Positions 36,259-45,635 of a stretch of 64,000 nucleotides of DNA are shown here, one piece after another; the stretch's first letter is position 1; the number at the start of each line of letters is the position of its first letter. The position numbers were made by a program, and so were the translations under genes. Origin of the DNA: Candidatus Omnitrophota bacterium (GTDB lineage Bacteria > Omnitrophota > Gorgyraeia > Zapsychrales > Fredricksoniimonadaceae). The DNA is taken from NCBI GenBank assembly GCA_963828495.1, contig CAWHFJ010000016.1, positions 21,353-85,352 of the forward strand, in the 5' to 3' direction. The notes beneath the pieces are model-generated. The model was given only the letters and a program-made list of their open reading frames with translations, made no database searches and was not told where the DNA came from.

Positions 36259-36855
36259 TCAAACAGAAGAATCCATAAACAAAACTTTATAGACCGATTT
36301 ATAGAAATGGCAGGTTTGCGCAGACAGGGACTTGATAAAACCCACAAACGAATACTCCGGAATCACCCATGCCAAAAGCAGAGATATGAAAAATAAATTC
36401 ACTATCAGGATAACGCCAAAGGTACACAGATAATGCGCTTTTAAAATACTGTTATCGGCTTCGTATATTTCATGCGCTGTTTGGACCAAATGCATGGCCA
36501 GCGTAAAAGCAATCGCCCATAAAAAGTACGGCTGTAGCTCATCCCTACCCAAAATAAGGAAAATTTCATAAATAATAATCAAACAAAGAGCATACACAGG
36601 TACCAGATAACCCGCGATCTTAAAAGAAGTGGAAATCTTTTCTACCCAAGCTTTACCAAAAACATAGACATCTTTAAAATCATAAACAAAAAGATTTAAG
36701 CCCACATAAATCCCCACACCCCAGAGCATCCATACCTCTTTAGCCGGCGGCAGTGATAGAATTTGACTCCGGAAAGCGAGCAAAAACGCGAGGATCAAAG
36801 GCAGAAACAGCAAAAATCCGCATAATTTTAAAACTGCTGAAAAAAAATATTTCAC
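36259..36855 (-). CDS. Polytopic membrane protein, unknown function
   Basis: 198 aa, about 6 hydrophobic segments, no motif recognised. Confidence 0.5.
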   Translation of the reverse strand: MKYFFSAVLKLCGFLLFLPLILAFLLAFRSQILSLPPAKEVWMLWGVGIYVGLNLFVYDFKDVYVFGKAWVEKISTSFKIAGYLVPVYALCLIIIYEIFLILGRDELQPYFLWAIAFTLAMHLVQTAHEIYEADNSILKAHYLCTFGVILIVNLFFISLLLAWVIPEYSFVGFIKSLSAQTCHFYKSVYKVLFMDSSV

Positions 36856-36870
36856 AAGGACTCCTTAAAA

Positions 36871-36927
36871 GATTGCTTCGCTGCGCTCGCAATGACACTG
36901 AATAAACGGCTCGCAATGACATGACAC
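36871..36927. repeat. GATTGC...CTCGCAATGACAC unit plus a partial second terminus
   Basis: gattgcttcgctgcgctcgcaatgacac (36871-36898) and ctcgcaatgacatgacac (36910-36927). The track ORF 36740..36922 is a translation artefact of this repeat. Confidence 0.85.
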
Positions 36928-36940
36928 AATAAAAGATCTC

Positions 36941-38215
36941 TTAACGGCGCGTGATTTTCTCCAGGCCTCCCAGATAAGGACGCAAAGCTTCGGGAACGAT
37001 CACCCCACCGTCGGATGTCTGATAATTCTCAAGAATGGCCACCATCGTGCGCGGCAGGGCCACGCCTGAACCGTTTAACGTATGCACAAAACCTTTTTTC
37101 TTGCCGTCACGCCCCTTATAGGCAATATTGCCGCGCCGGGCTTGAAAATCTTCAAAATTCGAACAGGAGGACGCTTCCAGCCATTTATCCAAGCCGCCCG
37201 CATACACTTCGATATCATAACATTTAGCGGCCGCAAAACTCAAGTCTCCACTGGCCAGCATCAAGACCCGGTAAGGAATTTTTAAAATCTCAAAAATACG
37301 ACGGGCATTGCCCAACAGGGACTCTAATTCCTGATAAGAAGTCTGTGGGCTCACAAACTTGACCAGCTCCACCTTATCAAACTGATGAATACGCACCAGC
37401 CCCCTGGTATCTTTGCCGTAAGAACCTGCTTCCCGACGAAAACAAGGGGTATAGGCCGTATAGTACAAAGGCAAATCTTCTTCATTGAGCATTTCATCAC
37501 GATGAATATTCGTCACCGGGACCTCGGCTGTCGGGACCAAATACAAATCATCCCCCGGCAGATGGTACATGTCCTCTTTCATTTTAGGCAGCTGACCGGT
37601 GGTGGTCATGGAGGCGGCATTGACCAATACGGGCGGAGACATCTCCACGTAACCGTGCTGGCCGGTGTGCACATCCAGCATAAAATTGTATAACGCCCGC
37701 TCCAGACGGGCACCCAAATCTTTATAAAGGATAAAATTCGAACCGCTTAACTTCGTGCCGCGCTTAAAATCGATAATATCCAAGCTTTCGGCGATTTCGA
37801 TATGCGTCTTAGGGTTAAAGCCAAAAACAGGCTTCTCTCCCCAGCTAGCGACGACTTTGTTGGCTTCCGGGCCGCCTTGAGGCACGGAATGGTGCGGGAT
37901 ATTGGGAATACCCAAAAGGATATTTTGGATCTGCTCGTCTAGGGCTTTCACTTTCGGCGCTAATGCGTCAATCTCTGCGGCGATAGCCTTCATCGAAGCA
38001 ATGGTCGCTTTAGGGTCTTGCTTGGATCTAATCAATCGGCTGATCTCATCATTAGCGGCATTTTTCTTAGATTTTAATTCATCGCTTTTGGCGATCAACT
38101 GGCGGCGGCCGGCATCCAGTTGCAGTAAACCATCCAAATCGACGGCGGCACCTTTAGCGGCCAATCCGGCCTTAACGGCCTGGGGATTTTCACGGATAAA
38201 TTTTAGATCCAGCAT
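36941..38215 (-). CDS. serS: Seryl-tRNA synthetase
   Basis: 424 aa. N-terminal coiled-coil arm and class II core motifs (TAEVPVTN, VRIHQFDKVE, TLNGSGVALPRTMVAILEN). Confidence 0.95.
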   Translation of the reverse strand: MLDLKFIRENPQAVKAGLAAKGAAVDLDGLLQLDAGRRQLIAKSDELKSKKNAANDEISRLIRSKQDPKATIASMKAIAAEIDALAPKVKALDEQIQNILLGIPNIPHHSVPQGGPEANKVVASWGEKPVFGFNPKTHIEIAESLDIIDFKRGTKLSGSNFILYKDLGARLERALYNFMLDVHTGQHGYVEMSPPVLVNAASMTTTGQLPKMKEDMYHLPGDDLYLVPTAEVPVTNIHRDEMLNEEDLPLYYTAYTPCFRREAGSYGKDTRGLVRIHQFDKVELVKFVSPQTSYQELESLLGNARRIFEILKIPYRVLMLASGDLSFAAAKCYDIEVYAGGLDKWLEASSCSNFEDFQARRGNIAYKGRDGKKKGFVHTLNGSGVALPRTMVAILENYQTSDGGVIVPEALRPYLGGLEKITRR

Positions 38216-38216
38216 A

Positions 38217-38642
38217 CTAACTTTTAGGCTGTTTATCTTTTAAAATTGAATCAATCTGTTTTAAAAGAAATTTTATAGAAATAGGTTTAGCTAAATAATT
38301 TTCACCTTGTTCATAACAATTAATGACATTCTGCGGGGCCGTTGTACTGGTTAAATATAAAACCGGGATTTCCCGGGTATCCTCATGCGCTTTTAAAGAC
38401 CGGCACAACTGGGGCCCTGTGACATCCGGCAAATTGTAATCAAGGATGATCAAATCAGGTTTATGCTTTTGGGCCATTTCAAAACCGCTATGGCCGTCAT
38501 TGGCTTTGAGGGGCGTATACCCGCCGCATTCAACGGCCGCACAAGCCAAACGTTGGTCCACTTCAGTATCCTCAATGACCAGGACCTTAATATGTTTTTG
38601 GGCTATTTTGGGCTTAAAAATAGATGTAATCTTAGATATCAT
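38217..38642 (-). CDS. Single-domain CheY-like response regulator receiver
   Basis: KVLVIEDTEVD...DLIILDYNLPDVTG...YLTS...KP pattern. Start placed at the ATG at 38642, which is preceded by AGGAG. The track ORF extends to 38681. Confidence 0.8.
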   Translation of the reverse strand: MISKITSIFKPKIAQKHIKVLVIEDTEVDQRLACAAVECGGYTPLKANDGHSGFEMAQKHKPDLIILDYNLPDVTGPQLCRSLKAHEDTREIPVLYLTSTTAPQNVINCYEQGENYLAKPISIKFLLKQIDSILKDKQPKS

Positions 38643-38708
38643 ATTTGCTCCTATCGTAACGCAGCAGGCCCGACGTGTCAAACCAAAAGGGTGATAAACG
38701 CCTGCTCA

Positions 38709-40331
38709 TCACTCCCATTGGACATGAATGTCTTGGTCATAGGCATCCACATCAACGCACAGCTCCTGTGCAGCACACGCCCAAGCCTTGAGCGTGTGAT
38801 TATCCGGCGTTTGTACGGATTTTATCTTGGCTGGTGCCTGTGTTTTTAAAACAACCGTCAGCGGAGAGGACAATTTTGTCCCCGAGGCGCCATTATGTAA
38901 AATAAATTCGGCAGAACCCACGGCAACATCTTTAACGTCAATCTTTGTTTGTGCGCGCTGTGATAAATAGGCAAAAACATGCGAAAACGTGTCCACCCAC
39001 ACATCATCGGATTTGGCATGAATATAGGCCAGATGCGTTTCCAAAAAATCAGGAGTTATCGATTTAAATGAAAGGATGCCTCGTTTTGTTGTCACCCCAT
39101 GACAATTCGCGACCAGCCATAACCGTCGTTTAATACCGATATCCACTAACCTATCGGCAGTCTCCACTGAAAAATTGGGACCGCCATAGGTAATACCAAC
39201 CACCCTATTATAATAGGAACGCAGCCATTCCCACGAACGCACAGCCGGATGTTCCCTTAAAGCCCGACTGACCGCCTCATCATTATAACTATCATGAGGG
39301 AATATATACGCTGTGACCTTTTGCCCGGTATTTTTTTCAATAAGTGCCCTGGCCTGGTCTATGGCTACATCAAAATCGCTGCCGTGTAATTTTTGAGAAT
39401 CACGATGATACATGGAATGATTAGCGATTTCAAAACCGCGATTGGCCGCGTCCTTCCATTGACTCCAACTCCCCCAAAAAGGGTCATCGTCTTTGTCGGC
39501 AACCATTCCGGCCACAACGGGGATCGTCGCTCTAAAGGCATACTTTTCAAAAATGGGCAGAGCCGTATCATAAACATTTTTTTCGCCGTCATCGAATAGA
39601 AAAGACATCGCCATCTTCTTATTCTCGGGAAAATTGGCCAGAAAAATATTATCCTGCGGCTGGTCCAATGGTATTTTGTCAAGGTCTTCATCGTCAATAA
39701 TACTGACAATACTGTTGAAATTCGGATAAGAATGTCCGGCCATGGTCAGGGTTTCAAACATCTTTGGTTCCTGGCCGGTCATAAGATAAAATTTTGTCAG
39801 CAATATATAGGGTTTGGCATTTAACGGAAAAATATCAATGGCAACCTTGCAATCCTCTATGGCCTCTTTGATATCCTTTTTCTTAAGGGCTTCCAGCGCC
39901 CGGGCTGTCATCTGGTTTGAAATTTCCGCACTTTTGACAACAAATTGGTGCCTTGAAGAATTGGCCTGTTGCAAAATGGCCAGGATTAATTTATGTTCAG
40001 CCAAATATTTATCTTTTAAATTAGACTTTGCTTCAGATGATAAAAACCTGGGATGAACAACTACTCCCTCTTTTTCTTCGAAATAGTTGTTTTTCAGCAA
40101 CCAATCAAAAATTTCATCTCCATTGGCGAATGCTTTTTCAAATGTGCTTTTGGTAAGGACCTCGGGTTCGGGATTGTAATCTTTTAATATTAAATAGGGA
40201 TTATAACTACCCTTGTTTTCTGAACTGGCTTGATGGCCCAAAAACCAACCGATAGCAACAAGACTTATGACAAGCCCTATGCCGGCTAGGGCCCAAAGTA
40301 ATATGTTTCTGTTAGGCGTGTGTGAGGACAT
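38709..40331 (-). CDS. Membrane-anchored polysaccharide deacetylase (NodB homology) with TPR-like segment
   Basis: 540 aa, N-terminal TM. FLFDDGEKNVYDTALPIFEKY (DD motif) and NHSMYH (His motif). Confidence 0.7.
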   Translation of the reverse strand: MSSHTPNRNILLWALAGIGLVISLVAIGWFLGHQASSENKGSYNPYLILKDYNPEPEVLTKSTFEKAFANGDEIFDWLLKNNYFEEKEGVVVHPRFLSSEAKSNLKDKYLAEHKLILAILQQANSSRHQFVVKSAEISNQMTARALEALKKKDIKEAIEDCKVAIDIFPLNAKPYILLTKFYLMTGQEPKMFETLTMAGHSYPNFNSIVSIIDDEDLDKIPLDQPQDNIFLANFPENKKMAMSFLFDDGEKNVYDTALPIFEKYAFRATIPVVAGMVADKDDDPFWGSWSQWKDAANRGFEIANHSMYHRDSQKLHGSDFDVAIDQARALIEKNTGQKVTAYIFPHDSYNDEAVSRALREHPAVRSWEWLRSYYNRVVGITYGGPNFSVETADRLVDIGIKRRLWLVANCHGVTTKRGILSFKSITPDFLETHLAYIHAKSDDVWVDTFSHVFAYLSQRAQTKIDVKDVAVGSAEFILHNGASGTKLSSPLTVVLKTQAPAKIKSVQTPDNHTLKAWACAAQELCVDVDAYDQDIHVQWE

Positions 40332-40350
40332 AAATAAAGGGGAGACGTCC

Positions 40351-41757
40351 CTATTTATTTAAAGCTTTTTGTAAAGCTTCTTCGAAGAGTATCACCGACA
40401 AATCGATTTCTTCCTCGGTCATATACAGTGAGGGCGCCAAGGTAAACACATTCTTGTAATATCCGCCGATATCCAGGAGTAATCCGCGTTTTTTACCGCC
40501 TGCGGTGAGCTCTGCGCCTAAACCGATATTCATGATCGCATCTGCCAAATCGCGATTGGGGGCCAATCCGTCCTCTTGACAGATTTCTATGCGCAAAGCC
40601 ATCCCCAAACCGTCTACCTGACCGATGGTGGGATATTTTTTCTGCAAGGCTTTAAGTTTCTTGAGGAAATACGCCCCTTTTTGGGGAACATCCACGTCAA
40701 AATGGGATTCTTCCATCAGTTCCATAACGGCAAGGCCGACGGCCGTGCCCAACGGATTGGAAGAAAATGTCGAATGGGTCATACCCGGAGGAAAAACGTC
40801 CGGTGCAATAAGTTCTTCACGGGCCCAAATCCCGGAAATGGGATTCAATCCGTTGGTCAGGGATTTACCAAAAACGATAATGTCCGGCACCACATCAAAA
40901 TGCTCAATAGACCATAACTTGCCGGTACGGTAAAAACCCATTTGTACTTCATCCGCGACAAATAAAACATGGTAACGATCGAGGGTTTTCTTTAATTCTT
41001 TAAAATAATTCAGCGGCGGAACAATGTATCCGCCGGTCCCCTGGACCGGTTCGACAAAAAACGCCCCGTACTCACAGTTCTTGGTTTTGGGGTTGACGAT
41101 AGAATAATATTCGGATTCGAATAATTTTTGAAATTTTTTTAAGCAGGCCAGACCACAACTTTCCCTAAGCTTGCCCTCCGGGCAGCGAAAACAATAGGGA
41201 TAGGGAACAAAATTAGCCCGGTCGGAAAAATGAGCGTAATGCTCCCGGTAACGATAACTGGAGGTAATGGCCGTTGCCGCCAACGTGCGGCCGTGATACC
41301 CGCCCATAAACGCAAACATCGGAACCTTGCCCGTGTGATTGCGCACGACTTTAATGGCATCTTCAATGGCCTGCGCTCCCCCGACATTAAAATGCACCCG
41401 GCCTTTGACGCCGAATTTCTTCTCAATGTCCTGGGCAATTTTGGCCGCTAATCTAATCTTTTCCTCATGCAAATATTGGCAGGCTAACTGCGGCAGAGTA
41501 TCGATCTGTTTTTTTAAAATAGCATTCAGGCGTTTGTTTTTATACCCGAAATTGGCCGCGGAATACCACATCTGCAAATCCAGATACTCACGCCCATGGG
41601 AATCATACACATAAATCCCGTCTGCTTCACGGAAAATATTCAACTTTTTGGCATAATGGACGGTATCGCCCCAGGAACAATACTTCGACTCCAACTCAAG
41701 CAACTGCTTGTCATTCATGCGGTCCATCCTCTTATTCATTGGCCACCAAATGGCCAC
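40351..41757 (-). CDS. Class III PLP-dependent aminotransferase (omega-transaminase family)
   Basis: FVADEVQMGFYRTGK and the FGKSLTNG PLP-lysine region, with GGAQAIEDAIK. The true start is probably an internal Met (MNDKQLL). Confidence 0.8.
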   Translation of the reverse strand: MAIWWPMNKRMDRMNDKQLLELESKYCSWGDTVHYAKKLNIFREADGIYVYDSHGREYLDLQMWYSAANFGYKNKRLNAILKKQIDTLPQLACQYLHEEKIRLAAKIAQDIEKKFGVKGRVHFNVGGAQAIEDAIKVVRNHTGKVPMFAFMGGYHGRTLAATAITSSYRYREHYAHFSDRANFVPYPYCFRCPEGKLRESCGLACLKKFQKLFESEYYSIVNPKTKNCEYGAFFVEPVQGTGGYIVPPLNYFKELKKTLDRYHVLFVADEVQMGFYRTGKLWSIEHFDVVPDIIVFGKSLTNGLNPISGIWAREELIAPDVFPPGMTHSTFSSNPLGTAVGLAVMELMEESHFDVDVPQKGAYFLKKLKALQKKYPTIGQVDGLGMALRIEICQEDGLAPNRDLADAIMNIGLGAELTAGGKKRGLLLDIGGYYKNVFTLAPSLYMTEEEIDLSVILFEEALQKALNK

Positions 41758-42463
41758 GGTTCATCGCTTCTTGAAAATAATTGTACACATCTCCCAGGTT
41801 CTTGTAAGGAATACAATTGATGCCTTCCTTAGTCAAATAACGCAATAAATTGCCCTTGGCAAAGACAATATCGGACACACGAGCCGGACACAAATCTGAA
41901 CGGCCGTCTCCGACATAGACAATCAATTTGTTTTCCGTCTTGTCACGGGTTAAATGGATCTTTTTGCAATGCGCGCAAGAAGGGCAAAAAGGATTATCAT
42001 AAGGGAAAGACGGGATAATATGTCCGCGGTAAAAACGCAACGCGTTGCCGTAGACTTTCAAATCCTTTATCCCATGGTATTCTAAGATTTTCTCTACGAT
42101 ACACGTAAAGTTATCACTCAAAATAACCGGCTTAAGGCCTTCCCGCACCAATAAAGATAAAAACTGGTGGAAATGAGCGTCGAGCTCGACTTTCTTCAGG
42201 AAATTATACAACACACTTCTGGTCAAGCGCACATTCCTTAACTGCCCTTCCAGGCATTCTTTGGTGCCGATTTCACCTTCCAACCATGCCTTTTCCAAAC
42301 TCACCCAATGCTTATTGATGGAAAAACGCCGAATAACATCATCCAGGACATCCGAGATGGTTATCGTATGATCAAAATCAAAAAACACGCGGCAATTAGA
42401 CAGCACGATCGGCGATTTGACTTGTAGTTTTGTTTCCAGCTGATTGAGACGGTTAATAAACAT
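41732..42463 (-). CDS. HAD-IB phosphatase, MtnX-like family
   Basis: FFDFDHTIT (DxDxT), a Cys-rich CPSCAHCK, and VYVGDGRSDLCPARVSDIVFAKGNLL. Start set at 42463 (MFINRL). The track ORF extends to 42526. Confidence 0.65.
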   Translation of the reverse strand: MFINRLNQLETKLQVKSPIVLSNCRVFFDFDHTITISDVLDDVIRRFSINKHWVSLEKAWLEGEIGTKECLEGQLRNVRLTRSVLYNFLKKVELDAHFHQFLSLLVREGLKPVILSDNFTCIVEKILEYHGIKDLKVYGNALRFYRGHIIPSFPYDNPFCPSCAHCKKIHLTRDKTENKLIVYVGDGRSDLCPARVSDIVFAKGNLLRYLTKEGINCIPYKNLGDVYNYFQEAMNRGHLVANE

Positions 42464-42470
42464 AGTATGT

Positions 42471-43358
42471 TTAGGGAAGAATAGGCTGTCCGGAAAAAAA
42501 CCGCTGCATATGCATGGCGACCACATTGCGTTCCTGATCAGCCGTGATAATATGATAGGAATTATGGAGCAGCACTAATTCTTTACGGTTGGATTTCACC
42601 CGGTTATAAATAAATTGGGAATTGCGCACACTGCTCATGTCATCATGCTGGGCCTGAATGAGCTGAACAGGTGTGGCAATGTCCTGTAAACGGCCATTGA
42701 GATGTTTGACTAATTTTTCCAACTGATGCAATAAAGTCAACGGGAAAAACGGATACCCGTATTGGTCCACCTGTTGCATGTTATTTAAATCCGCCCGGCT
42801 ATAGAATTCATGGATACGCCGACGGACCGCTTCATTCTTAATACCGTAAGGCGGCTCTTCTTTAAAATAGAAAAAATATTTCAACGGCGTGTTATAGGCC
42901 AAAGGCAACAGGCAACGATACCAGGGCGAATTCCAGCCGTCATAAAAAAGTGTCGGCGACAGGCAGCTGACCCCGGCTATTTCATTTTTAAATTCATGCG
43001 ACAAAAGCAACGCCAACAAGGCCCCCATCGACAGGCCGCCGGTATAAATATGCTGATATTGGCCGCGGATTTGAATATACGATTGACGGACCGTATGATA
43101 AAAATCCTGCCATTTGCTCATTTGAAGAATTTGAATGGGTGCCCCGTGATTGGCCAAGCGCGGGCAATAAATCGCGTATCCCTGACGATTTAAATAATTG
43201 GCCAGGAACCTCATTTCATGCGGTGTGCCCGTCATGCCATGAATAAGAATGATGGCGTCCCCGTTTGTCCCCGGAAGTTCAAACCCATTATCAGGCAACT
43301 CCGTCTTGGGATGGGATTTAAATAAATTTTTTAAATTTGCCGAAAATTTAACAGCCAT
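42471..43358 (-). CDS. Alpha/beta-hydrolase (carboxylesterase or thioesterase-like)
   Basis: 295 aa. ILIHGMTGTPHEM and the nucleophile elbow GGLSMGA, with a C-terminal His region (NSYHIIT). Confidence 0.7.
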   Translation of the reverse strand: MAVKFSANLKNLFKSHPKTELPDNGFELPGTNGDAIILIHGMTGTPHEMRFLANYLNRQGYAIYCPRLANHGAPIQILQMSKWQDFYHTVRQSYIQIRGQYQHIYTGGLSMGALLALLLSHEFKNEIAGVSCLSPTLFYDGWNSPWYRCLLPLAYNTPLKYFFYFKEEPPYGIKNEAVRRRIHEFYSRADLNNMQQVDQYGYPFFPLTLLHQLEKLVKHLNGRLQDIATPVQLIQAQHDDMSSVRNSQFIYNRVKSNRKELVLLHNSYHIITADQERNVVAMHMQRFFSGQPILP

Positions 43359-43361
43359 GGT

Positions 43362-43610
43362 TTATTTCTCTTCTTTCTTAGAAGCGATGTAATCCACGAT
43401 ATTCTTGACGGTCTTGGCTTCATAAAGATCCGCATCAGGGATTTTCAAATCAAATTTTTCTTCCAGTTCAAAAGCCACTTCCACGGACCCAAAAGAATCG
43501 ACTCCCAAATCTTCTACCAAACGCGATTCCAAAGCGATCTTTTGGGGTTCCATGCTCAAATGTTTGGCTAAAATTTCTTTGACCGTTGTTTCGATTTCAC
43601 CGTAAGTCAT
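43362..43610 (-). CDS. Acyl carrier protein
   Basis: 82 aa, acidic, with the phosphopantetheine attachment motif LGVDSF. Confidence 0.85.
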   Translation of the reverse strand: MTYGEIETTVKEILAKHLSMEPQKIALESRLVEDLGVDSFGSVEVAFELEEKFDLKIPDADLYEAKTVKNIVDYIASKKEEK

Positions 43611-43616
43611 GGTTTT

Positions 43617-44864
43617 TTAATCTCCTTTGAAATCCGAAAAAATAATACAGGCATTACAATTGCCGAATCCGAATGAGTTGGACAAAACAGTATTCAATTT
43701 CTTCCGACGCCCTTCAAGCGGCACATAATCCAAATCACACTCCGGGTCTTTATGCTTATAATTGATGGTCGGCGGAATAAATTGATTCTTAATCGCCAAC
43801 GCGCATACCACCGCTTCAATACCACCGGCCGCGCCCAGACTGTGACCTATCATGGACTTGGTCGAAGAAATCGGAACATCATAGGCCTTTGTACCGAAGA
43901 CACTTTTAATGGCCTTGGTTTCCGCACGGTCATTGGCCACCGTCGATGTAGCGTGAGCATTGATATAATCAACGCCCTCGCCCTGCAATCCCGCATCCCT
44001 CAAAGCATCAGCCATGACCCGGGCCGCGTCTGCACCGCTTAAATCAGGTATGACCATATGACGGGCCCCTGAATTACTGGCATACCCGATTATTTCCGCG
44101 TAAATCGGCGCGTTTCTTTTAAGCGCATGACCCAGTTCTTCCAAAATAAGCCCGCCGCCGCCTTCGCTTAAGACGAAACCATCGCGTTCTAAATCAAAAG
44201 GACGCGAAGCTTCCTGAGGCACATCATTCTTTTTAGACACGACCCTTAACGCGCAATAAGCTCCGAAATTTAACCGCGTCAGCGGCGCTTCCACGCCGCC
44301 GGTGACACACACATCCATATCTCCCCATTGCAGTTTACGAAAAGCCTCACCGATGGCATGACTGGCAGAAGCGCAAGCGGTAGAAATAACCATGTTGGGC
44401 CCAAGCAAACCATACCGGATGGCAATATGACTGGACACCGCGTTAGGTGAAATTCTCGCCACAGAAGCAGGATTAATACGTTGCGCCCCCTTCTCGAGAA
44501 TCGCCACCATCTGCTCTTCGTGGAACATCATCCCTCCCAAACCGGAACCGATGATGACCCCTATTCTGTGCTTGTCTTCTTTCTCTAAAATCAAAGAGCT
44601 ATCGGCTAGGGCCATTTGGGTGCAGGCCAATCCAAAATGCACAAACCTGTCGACCTTTTTGGCCACCTCCGCAGGCATATATGGGGAAGGATCAAAACCT
44701 TTGACCTCACCGGCTATACGCGTATCAAAAGCATCGGCATCAAAGCAGGTGATTTTACCTATGCCTGAGCGACCTTCTATGTTAGCCTGCCAAAAATCTT
44801 TAAGACCAATACCGTTACAAGCAACCACGCCCAAGCCGGTAATGACCACTCGCCGTTTACTCAT
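43617..44864 (-). CDS. fabF: Beta-ketoacyl-ACP synthase (KAS I/II type)
   Basis: 415 aa. Active-site ISTACASASHAIG (Cys) plus NAHATST and GHSLGAAG (His-His). Confidence 0.85.
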   Translation of the reverse strand: MSKRRVVITGLGVVACNGIGLKDFWQANIEGRSGIGKITCFDADAFDTRIAGEVKGFDPSPYMPAEVAKKVDRFVHFGLACTQMALADSSLILEKEDKHRIGVIIGSGLGGMMFHEEQMVAILEKGAQRINPASVARISPNAVSSHIAIRYGLLGPNMVISTACASASHAIGEAFRKLQWGDMDVCVTGGVEAPLTRLNFGAYCALRVVSKKNDVPQEASRPFDLERDGFVLSEGGGGLILEELGHALKRNAPIYAEIIGYASNSGARHMVIPDLSGADAARVMADALRDAGLQGEGVDYINAHATSTVANDRAETKAIKSVFGTKAYDVPISSTKSMIGHSLGAAGGIEAVVCALAIKNQFIPPTINYKHKDPECDLDYVPLEGRRKKLNTVLSNSFGFGNCNACIIFSDFKGD

Positions 44865-45039
44865 TATCCTTAAAATCCTAACTTACTTATATACTAATCT
44901 TAATAAAATAATAATTAAAACTGGGTTAGAAGATGATTAAAAAATTCTAATGGAATCTAAACCCTTGAGAATTCTTGGGGACATACTATACCATAATAAT
45001 GACTAAACGGAGATTTTTTTTTGCTAGGTTATATTTGAA

Positions 45040-45468
45040 TTAGAACTTGATAGCAGCGCCGTCAGGAGTAAATGAGATATCCTCTCCCCCTTGACTTCCG
45101 GCATCATCTTTATTAAGCGCTGCCCTTAAATCTTCCTTCTGCTTGAGTCGTCTCATTTGATCTTCACTTAAAATCTTACCCAACTTTTGATATTCAATCT
45201 GTTTTAACGCCATCATTGTACTTTTGAACGCGGCATGGTCAAAAACAAGCTGTCCTTCCGCTTCCTGTAAAATTTTCTCGCGTTTGGTTATATACTCGAC
45301 GATAATCGGTTTTATGGCACCGGCTTGGGCGTCAGTCAAATTCAATTCCGTTGCCATCTGCGCCACCCGATCATCCACACTCGCCGTTTTCTCCTGGGCC
45401 TGGGCATAAACCAACGGACACCAAACAACCAATGCTGCTAAAACACACCCCCTAATCTTATTGTTCAT
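45040..45468 (-). CDS. Periplasmic helical protein with LTxxQ-like repeats (Spy/CpxP-like)
   Basis: 142 aa, signal peptide ending VYAQA. LNLTDAQAGAIKPI and LSEDQMRRLKQ segments. Confidence 0.45.
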   Translation of the reverse strand: MNNKIRGCVLAALVVWCPLVYAQAQEKTASVDDRVAQMATELNLTDAQAGAIKPIIVEYITKREKILQEAEGQLVFDHAAFKSTMMALKQIEYQKLGKILSEDQMRRLKQKEDLRAALNKDDAGSQGGEDISFTPDGAAIKF

Positions 45469-45635
45469 GTCTTTTTCCCTTCCTTACTGTCATTACGGTC
45501 ATCGAATCCAAATTCAAAACCACAGTTGGGACAAATCTCATAAGATGGCTCTTGGTGAGGGCCATAGGGCGCTTCCTTAAGCCCATCAAAGGCGCACACC
45601 GGACAAGTATATTTTGGTTCTTTCTTTTTATTCAT
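45465..45635 (-). CDS. Small zinc-ribbon protein (56 aa), not in the ORF track
   Basis: MNKKKEPKYTCPVCAFDGLKEAPYGPHQEPSYEICPNCGFEFGFDDRNDSKEGKKT. Two CPxC knuckles. ATGA overlaps at both ends (45632-45635 and 45465-45468). Confidence 0.55.
   Translation of the reverse strand: MNKKKEPKYTCPVCAFDGLKEAPYGPHQEPSYEICPNCGFEFGFDDRNDSKEGKKT

Noticed and set aside
36740-36922. 60-aa minus-strand ORF (MSLRAVYSVSLRAQRSNLLRS...)
   Set aside because: It is a translation of the palindromic repeat and overlaps the start of the membrane-protein gene. It is the same kind of artefact as the ..SLRAKRSNL.. peptide at 61130-61222.
44985-44993. Extended -10-like promoter (TGgTATAGT on the minus strand) about 120 nt upstream of the KAS gene
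   Set aside because: It is a single weak match in an A/T-rich gap with no convincing -35. That is not enough evidence to report it as a feature.
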